Shown here: in pieces, positions 26,175 to 32,000 of the stretch
How positions within the stretch are numbered: position 1 is the first letter of the stretch
Layout of the letters: each line of letters begins with the position of its first letter
Source of the DNA: Candidatus Kuenenia stuttgartensis
Lineage (GTDB): Bacteria > Planctomycetota > Brocadiia > Brocadiales > Brocadiaceae
Length of the DNA stretch: 32,000 nucleotides
Direction: 5' to 3'
Assembly: GCF_900232105.1 (NCBI RefSeq)
Contig: NZ_LT934425.1
Span: 3,870,001 to 3,902,000, forward strand
Translations under genes and position numbers: made by a program
The notes under the pieces: generated by a model
What the model was told of the DNA's origin: nothing
Database searches by the model: none
Seen by the model: the letters and a program-made list of their open reading frames with translations, nothing else

Positions 26175-28604
26175 ATGGGTAAGAGGAAATTAGGAGTGAT
26201 AGCATCGGCGTTTGTAGCGGGTGCGTTGGTCTGTGGGAGTACCCTTGTGAATGCTGAGCCTGTAATGACAGGCGGCCCGGTGCAGGGGAAGGCCTTATGG
26301 ACTGATTATAGTGGGATGTCAAAAGAGGTGCAGGGTCCTGTGAGTCAGATATTGTTTACGCAGTCGCCGAGGACAGCCAAAGGGGATCCGTACCAGAACT
26401 ATCCGCACTATATACCGGAAGGAAGCCGGATAGTGTTATTTGATTTAAACACAAAGGAATTGAAGGTATTGACCAATGATTTTGCAACAGCCTTTGATCC
26501 ATGCACCTATTGGGACGGCAAGAAATTTGCGTTTGCCGGGGTACACAAGAAAGGCGGCGGGTGCCAGATATGGGAAATGAACATAGATGGCAGTGGTTTA
26601 AGGCAGATGACTGATCTTAAGGGAACCTGCCGTTCACCGATTTATTATGCAGCGGGAAGTATTGAAGAAGGCGAAGGCCGTATCATATGGCGTGACCGGT
26701 ATTTTGAAGGGGACTGGAAAGAGCATGGCATGGTAGAGAAGACGGGCATGATAATATTTTCAGGTTCACCGGAAGGCGTAATGGATGAGTTCCACAATCC
26801 ATATGCGTATAATCTTTACCGTTTGGATACGCAGGGCGGTAAGATCATACAGAGAATCACCGGACACGTGCTATCTGGCATAGAGTTTCCGCACCTCAAT
26901 ACCACGATAGACCAGATCACCTACAATTTAAGTTCCAACTTTGATCCATGGTTAACTCCTGACGGAAACATCCTTTTCTCAAGCGTGCAGGCAAATGGCA
27001 GCAGGGCTGGCGGAGAAGGCAGGGTGATGATTTGTGTGGACAACTGGGATGGTGCGTATCCAAGGCCTATCTATGGAAACTGTGATGGGGAAATCGGTGG
27101 CACCAGCGGAAGGTCTCAGGCGAAGATCACCTTTGGAGACAGGAAGATTGTCTATGTTGAGTCTCCGTACATGAATTGGGGCGTAGGTCAGTTGGCAGCG
27201 GTGAGCTGGGATGCTCCGTTCAACAAGACGTATGAGAAGTTGACAGGAAAAGATGGTGGATTGTACAGGAGTCCATATCCGCTTCCGGACGACAGGATGT
27301 TGGTATCCTATGCAGAAAGAGGGGATTTTGGCATATACTGGTTTAATTTTAGCAAATGTGCTGCAGGGGACAAGGTATATGATGATCCTAACTGGAATGA
27401 TCACCAGCCTGCGCCGGTTTATGTGAAGTACAAGCCAAGGTGGATTAACACCTTTACCGCCGGTAAGAACTTTGGTGTAACGGTCGTAACGTATCAGCCG
27501 TTTGATCAGGTGAAGGTGGAAGGATATCCGCATTCATGGGGAACATGGATATGCTTTGATACGACATTGTCAGATCAGCCTGTAGGTCCTTATCCGCATC
27601 AGAAGGCAAAAAACGTAAGCCATGGAGATATCAAGGCAGTAAGAATCATCCAGGGATATCAGTGTGTAGAACCGGATTCAACCCGTTTCAGGGTAGGGGC
27701 TGGAGCACATCTTCTTGGTGGAGAGAGATCAAGCAGCAATTCAGGTACAGCATTTCAGCAGAGGGGTATCATCGGGTATCAATATGTAGAGAGCGATGGT
27801 TCAACAGTTACATCCCAGCTTTCAGATGTTCCTTATTACATGCAGATATTGGATGATAAGGGTATGTCCGTACAGACTGCTTTAACCTGGGCATATTTAA
27901 GGCCATATCATGGCAGGATTTGTAGTGGATGTCACTATGGATCATATCGTGGAAGGGCGTTCAAGAACATCCATGCAAAGGCGTTGTACAACTGGTGGTA
28001 TGATGACAGAAGCCACTATGATTCACCATTTGCGTTCAGGTATTTGAAGTTTGACAACGATGGGAATTACAAGGGCGTAAAACATGGAGAGGATGTAGTA
28101 GTACCATCTGACATTTACTATGGTGGTCCATCCGGAACGACATCACAGCCGGTGGAAGGATTGACGCTGGATAAGCAGAGGACGGTGGATTTCCGCAGGG
28201 ACATTCAGCCGATACTTGATGCGAAGTGTGCGATGTGTCATGATTCGAACAATCCTCCGAACCTTGGTGGCGGATTGGAATTGGTAAGTGTAGATGGTAT
28301 AGCAGCATACAGTCGTGCATACAACAGCTTGCTTGAGCCGCAGAGGGGGAAAGACCCGAACATTGGCGGAAAATATGTTAATCCGTCAGCAGCGATCAAC
28401 AGTTTGTTGGTATGGAGGTTGTATGAAGCTGAGTTAAGCGCGAATGCTCCCAGGGAGAAGATATTCCCGATAGAGGGTCGTTTATTGCACAATAAATTCC
28501 TTACTCAGGATGAGAGATATGCGATAGTAGAGTGGATAGACCTGGGTGCGCAGTGGGATAACATTCCGGGACCAGATTTTTATCCTGGATATCTTGTAAA
28601 ATAA
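26175..28604 (+). CDS. hzsA: hydrazine synthase alpha subunit (beta-propeller plus two c-haem domains)
   Basis: 809 aa with a signal peptide. Haem motifs are CSGCH (C583-H587) followed by Y591, and CAMCH (C685-H689), with Cys303 in GNCDG. These residue numbers match what I recall for the unusual Tyr-ligated, Zn-associated haem of Kuenenia HZS-alpha. Confidence 0.95.
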   Translation: MGKRKLGVIASAFVAGALVCGSTLVNAEPVMTGGPVQGKALWTDYSGMSKEVQGPVSQILFTQSPRTAKGDPYQNYPHYIPEGSRIVLFDLNTKELKVLTNDFATAFDPCTYWDGKKFAFAGVHKKGGGCQIWEMNIDGSGLRQMTDLKGTCRSPIYYAAGSIEEGEGRIIWRDRYFEGDWKEHGMVEKTGMIIFSGSPEGVMDEFHNPYAYNLYRLDTQGGKIIQRITGHVLSGIEFPHLNTTIDQITYNLSSNFDPWLTPDGNILFSSVQANGSRAGGEGRVMICVDNWDGAYPRPIYGNCDGEIGGTSGRSQAKITFGDRKIVYVESPYMNWGVGQLAAVSWDAPFNKTYEKLTGKDGGLYRSPYPLPDDRMLVSYAERGDFGIYWFNFSKCAAGDKVYDDPNWNDHQPAPVYVKYKPRWINTFTAGKNFGVTVVTYQPFDQVKVEGYPHSWGTWICFDTTLSDQPVGPYPHQKAKNVSHGDIKAVRIIQGYQCVEPDSTRFRVGAGAHLLGGERSSSNSGTAFQQRGIIGYQYVESDGSTVTSQLSDVPYYMQILDDKGMSVQTALTWAYLRPYHGRICSGCHYGSYRGRAFKNIHAKALYNWWYDDRSHYDSPFAFRYLKFDNDGNYKGVKHGEDVVVPSDIYYGGPSGTTSQPVEGLTLDKQRTVDFRRDIQPILDAKCAMCHDSNNPPNLGGGLELVSVDGIAAYSRAYNSLLEPQRGKDPNIGGKYVNPSAAINSLLVWRLYEAELSANAPREKIFPIEGRLLHNKFLTQDERYAIVEWIDLGAQWDNIPGPDFYPGYLVK

Positions 28605-28662
28605 GAGAGGTTATTAACAGCATTTTATATAGTTGTGGTAAGTAGTAAGAGGTAAAACAAGC

Positions 28663-28710
28663 GAAGAGCCGGGGAAAAGTGGCAAAACCACGTCCCGGCT
28701 CTTTGTGCTT
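28663..28710 (+). terminator. rho-independent terminator candidate after hzsA
   Basis: aagagccggg (28663-28672) pairs with cccggctctt (28693-28702). The loop contains a small gtgg/ccac stem and is followed by tgtgcttcc (T-poor tail). It lies 59 nt after the hzsA stop. Confidence 0.5.
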
Positions 28711-29018
28711 CCAGAGAGATTTGCATGTTTACCGAATAAGCATGAAGCACAAATTCTCCAATTTTTAATGCATCTTTGCGGACAAGTGTTGTTTGTAACA
28801 TATTTAGTTGCAATTGGATATTACAGCCGCCACATGTAGTGGCAAGGCGTGTATTGCTACTACATTAAATATTTGGGATTTTCAATATTTCTAGACCTAA
28901 AACAAGCGTGATTTAACAATCTACACACAATGGGATAATATTTTGGACTATTATGCGTCTCTAAATGTATTTTTTGTTTGTTTCGTCGCGAAAAAACCTT
29001 ACTAAAAAGAAAAATATT

Positions 29019-29044
29019 GTAACACTTTAGTTCTTTGAAAAATT
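29019..29044. repeat. left terminal inverted repeat of the IS66 element
   Basis: Exact reverse complement of 31361-31386. The transposase stop codon (29043-29045) overlaps it. Confidence 0.9.
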
Positions 29045-30476
29045 AACAAGCGATATTATAAGTTAAGCCGGAAGTGGTTTTTGTTAAAAGAGCTTTTTTG
29101 GCGTATGCCAGAAGGTTTTCCACGGGGTTGTCTCCTTGCAATTCTGCAGAGCGAAGCAACGTCATAAGGATAGCCTGGGTATTGGCGCCCTGAACAGAAC
29201 GATTCTGTTGTGATACCTTTCGGGTCAATACTGGCTTTCGCATCTGTTGCTCGGCATGATTATTATAGGGACTCACACCTTCATGTTCCAGGAACGTAAA
29301 GAGTTCCTGTTTATGGCGCTTCAGGCGTTTGGTCAATCTTTGTACGTCTTTATCCTGACAAGGCGTTGCCAAAAACTGTTCAAGCCTGCGATACAATCTT
29401 TTTTTTAGCCGAAGAAAGCATACCAGGCTTATCTGGTTCTTTTTCTCTGATAACCGGATGGCATCCTTGAGCAACCGGGAGAGTTTTTTCCGGAAAGCTT
29501 TCCATGCGGCAGAATGGTTGTGGGCATCTACTTTCACGAGTTCCGTGAACAGATGATAGAAACACCGCTGCTTTGCCAGTGCGCTTATCTTGTTGTAAGC
29601 GCCCAGAAAGTCACAGATCAGGATACCACCAAATAGAATGCCCAAGAGTTTTTTTATGACAGGAGACCCCCGACTTGGTGTTATGAGATAGTAGCAGAGT
29701 TTTTGTGTTGTAAAACACCATAGCCAATGGGTTTTTCCATTCAACCTCCATCCGGTTTCATCTGCATGTAAGACAGCGCTTGCGGAGACTTTTTGGCCAA
29801 TCTCGTTATACTGTGGCTCCAGGAGTGTTGCAAGGGATTTCCATGCCTGGGTTAGACCGCCGGCGCTTATTTGAAGGTTGAAAAATACGGAAAGCATCTT
29901 TACGATGTTGTTTACACTGATACCGATTAAGTAGTGAAGCCATGCGGTAAAGACAACAAGGCGCAATCCTAGTCGGGCGCCATGCAACGCATCTGTGACC
30001 TTGGGTTGAACTATCTTTTTGCAACAAGCACACCAGTAACCATGAACTGTATGTTCCGTCACAACAGGGTCAAGGCGTGGAATATCTTCGATGTATCGCT
30101 TATAAGTTCTTACCGGTTTTTGTAATGGCTGGTGGCAATCAGGGCAACTCTCCATGGAATGCGTTTGATAGGCAGTTACTGTTTCAGGTCGTTTCCGGCA
30201 AACTCCCTTATGTCCCTTTTTCCTGCCACAAGGCCGTTTTCTCTTTTTCTTTGTGGGCTTTAGATAGGGCGGTATCGAACCGGAAGGGGTAGTCGGACCC
30301 GGTTTATCGCAAAGCCGGTCATATTTTTCTGCTTTCTCCGCCAGTATCAGGATGGCTTGAATCGCATCCTCTCTGTCCATCTCCAAAATAGCTATGGCTT
30401 CATCCCTGGTCACAGTCAAGAAACCTCCGAAAGTTTTTTTGAAGAGGGTAGAGGTAGAGATCCTTAGGTTGGCCAT
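29043..30476 (-). CDS. IS66-family DDE transposase (start uncertain; see the frameshift finding)
   Basis: Contains the zf-IS66 motif CPDCHQPL...YWCACCKKIV and the DDE_Tnp_IS66 core LHADETGWRLNGKTHWLWCF...ILICDFLGAYNKI. The frame is open to 30581. In-frame ATGs lie at 30476 and 30380. Confidence 0.9.
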   Translation of the reverse strand: MANLRISTSTLFKKTFGGFLTVTRDEAIAILEMDREDAIQAILILAEKAEKYDRLCDKPGPTTPSGSIPPYLKPTKKKRKRPCGRKKGHKGVCRKRPETVTAYQTHSMESCPDCHQPLQKPVRTYKRYIEDIPRLDPVVTEHTVHGYWCACCKKIVQPKVTDALHGARLGLRLVVFTAWLHYLIGISVNNIVKMLSVFFNLQISAGGLTQAWKSLATLLEPQYNEIGQKVSASAVLHADETGWRLNGKTHWLWCFTTQKLCYYLITPSRGSPVIKKLLGILFGGILICDFLGAYNKISALAKQRCFYHLFTELVKVDAHNHSAAWKAFRKKLSRLLKDAIRLSEKKNQISLVCFLRLKKRLYRRLEQFLATPCQDKDVQRLTKRLKRHKQELFTFLEHEGVSPYNNHAEQQMRKPVLTRKVSQQNRSVQGANTQAILMTLLRSAELQGDNPVENLLAYAKKALLTKTTSGLTYNIAC

Positions 30477-31281
30477 GATACAGATAGCGATTGCCCCGTT
30501 TTGCGCTCCCTTTGGTTTTGCCAGCACGAATCCAATTGGCCGCCTGATAGCAGGTACCCTTAAACCGCGCGGTATCAACAAAGGTTTCGGCTAAATAAAC
30601 GGGATGGCCGTAAACGGTATTCCAGTCATCTGACAGACGTCTGAGGGCAAGTGACAATACCTTGGATGCAAGGTGTTTGATCTTAACCCATGGTAGAATG
30701 AGAAATCGTACGTTATTTGCAATCAAATGTAAGTGTGTACGTTTAGTCGTCTCATCCCATTCAATGAAACGATCACGGTCTTTGACTTTCCATGCGGCGC
30801 TTGCCCACCCCAGGCAGGCAACAACCTGATTGCCTATACGTACGATGTGTCTGAGGTGTTCGCCAACAAGCCGGGGATTGCCGAGGTAGTGATAGTGTTG
30901 GAAGAGATACTCCCAGAGATATCTTTCCTGAGGGTCTTTTACCACATGGATTGTCAGGTTTTCATACTCTGTGATTTTACCTTCTAGTGGTCTCCTGACG
31001 AAAAGGGGTGTCTGGACAAAGACCTTGGGTTTCAGATTGTTTTTGGCCCGTATACGTGGAGGAAGCGTTATCAATCCCTGTTCTTCTAATCTCAAAAGGA
31101 GGTCTCGTGCTGCGTATTCTTTATGTTTGCCATTGGGCTGCACCCAGTTCCAATGCTTGCATAGTTCGCAGGAAATATAAGTCCGACCTCTGAGAAAATG
31201 CTGCTCGATGAGCGCCTTTATAAAGGCGATATCGTCCGCATGCAGTTTTCGTGAACGGTATTGGAATATGATAGGCTTCAT
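30400..31281 (-). CDS. DUF4338-like protein (the domain also found in Druantia DruA) encoded inside the IS66 element
   Basis: 293 aa. YHYLGNPRLVGEHLRHIV...ACLGWASAAWKVKDRDRFIEWD...IANNVRFLILPWVKIKHLASKVLSLALRRLSDDWNTVYGHPVYLAETFVDTARFKGTCYQAANWIRAGKTKG matches the DUF4338 pattern as I remember it. Confidence 0.8.
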   Translation of the reverse strand: MKPIIFQYRSRKLHADDIAFIKALIEQHFLRGRTYISCELCKHWNWVQPNGKHKEYAARDLLLRLEEQGLITLPPRIRAKNNLKPKVFVQTPLFVRRPLEGKITEYENLTIHVVKDPQERYLWEYLFQHYHYLGNPRLVGEHLRHIVRIGNQVVACLGWASAAWKVKDRDRFIEWDETTKRTHLHLIANNVRFLILPWVKIKHLASKVLSLALRRLSDDWNTVYGHPVYLAETFVDTARFKGTCYQAANWIRAGKTKGSAKRGNRYLYHGQPKDLYLYPLQKNFRRFLDCDQG

Positions 31282-31360
31282 AAACTGTTTCCCTTTATTG
31301 AAGCCTTTTATACCACAAAGGAAAAACAGACGCCAGCTTTTTTTACCTTTTTTCGCTATT

Positions 31361-31386
31361 AATTTTTCAAAGAACTAAAGTGTTAC
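31361..31386. repeat. right terminal inverted repeat of the IS66 element
   Basis: Exact reverse complement of 29019-29044. Confidence 0.9.
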
Positions 31387-31525
31387 AAAATATTACTATT
31401 GATCGAGAAAACTACCATACTTTTGCAAGGTGATTACGTACCGCGCCCGCTCTTCTTCTGTTTTCTATTTCTTTTTTACTGTTAAACTACTATTCCATGC
31501 ACAGTTTTAATCTTAGGATTCGTTC

Positions 31526-32000
31526 CTACGTTGCAAAAAAATCCTTTAACCAGTCATTATATCCGAGTATTCGATATACAATCTTACGCTCTGTCTTCAC
31601 TATTTGGCAGGGAATCATTATCAGGGTATTGAGAAACCGCCGAAATTCCATCTTTAACACCTGCCATCCCCTTTCTAAATTTGGCATCAATAATCCAAAC
31701 CATGCCTTGAAATTCCAGGCCTCGGTACGTTTCCCGGACGATTCTCAATATACAACACTTCCTTCGTGTTTGCCAATGACACAATAAATGGCGTATATCC
31801 CCATATCCCCTTGTGCGATATATTCATCCCCTCTTTACATTCTCCGTATGTCCCCACTATCGTTCCATCCACATCTATCAACGCTTCTTCCAATGCCTCT
31901 TTCCACCCTTCCTACCACACACGCTCTCATACCCTGTTGATAATCTCCATCAGCTCTCAATATCATTACGGTCAAACCGCCTTGTAAAATCTCTCGCCGT
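31526..32000 (-). pseudogene. decayed, internally deleted IS1380-family transposase relic (continues beyond the window)
   Basis: The minus strand reads FTRRFDRNDIE / [76 protein letters not shown]. It then jumps in another frame to C-terminal-type sequence [58 protein letters not shown]. At least two frameshifts and two in-frame stops are visible. Confidence 0.7.

Larger units (their letters stand above)
29019..31386 (-). mobile_element. IS66-family insertion sequence, 2,368 bp, apparently intact
   Basis: The TIRs are perfect over 26 bp, GTAACACTTTAGTTCTTTGAAAAATT (29019-29044 and 31361-31386 reverse complement). The element is flanked by an 8-bp direct repeat AAAATATT (29011-29018 and 31387-31394). 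GTAA termini and an 8-bp duplication are hallmarks of IS66. Confidence 0.92.

Noticed and set aside
26979-27533. 184-aa ORF antisense to hzsA (and other antisense ORFs within hzsA/hzsC, such as 28036-28320 and 25896-26322)
   Set aside because: These are shadow ORFs of a G+C-richer gene. They have no family resemblance, and the sense-strand protein is unambiguous.

Overview
This window looks like chromosomal DNA from an anammox planctomycete; from memory the best fit is Candidatus Kuenenia stuttgartiensis. Bases 1-18,450 are mostly housekeeping genes: a pgeF-like 3' end, mtnP, the thrS-infC-rpmI-rplT-pheS-pheT block, hpt, a TPR lipoprotein, dnaA, an M24 aminopeptidase and accB-accC. At about 8.4-11.6 kb this is interrupted by a G+C-rich islet with two small toxin-antitoxin-type pairs (a disrupted DUF4160 gene with DUF2442, and hicA/hicB), a strongly structured inverted-repeat element, and a B12-type radical SAM gene. 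The stand-out system is a same-strand cluster of about 10 kb at 18,867-28,604. It encodes a secreted tetrahaem cytochrome with a contracted CKCH motif, a membrane-anchored heptahaem cytochrome, a cytochrome-b-like membrane protein, a sigma-54 activator, a secreted 16-Cys protein of unknown function, and then a 7-bladed beta-propeller, a dihaem peroxidase-like protein and an 809-aa dihaem propeller protein. I recognise this as the hydrazine synthase (HZS) locus with its proposed electron-transfer module. It is biologically exceptional (enzymatic N-N bond formation to hydrazine), but as far as I can recall it is already described. The less explored parts are the candidate sigma-54 control region, the atypical receiver domain and the Cys-rich ORF. 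Bases 29,019-31,386 are an intact IS66-family element with 26-bp perfect terminal inverted repeats (TIRs) and an 8-bp target duplication. It carries a DUF4338-like gene instead of the usual accessory ORFs and sits next to a decayed IS1380-type relic. I recognised no rRNA, tRNA or CRISPR array.
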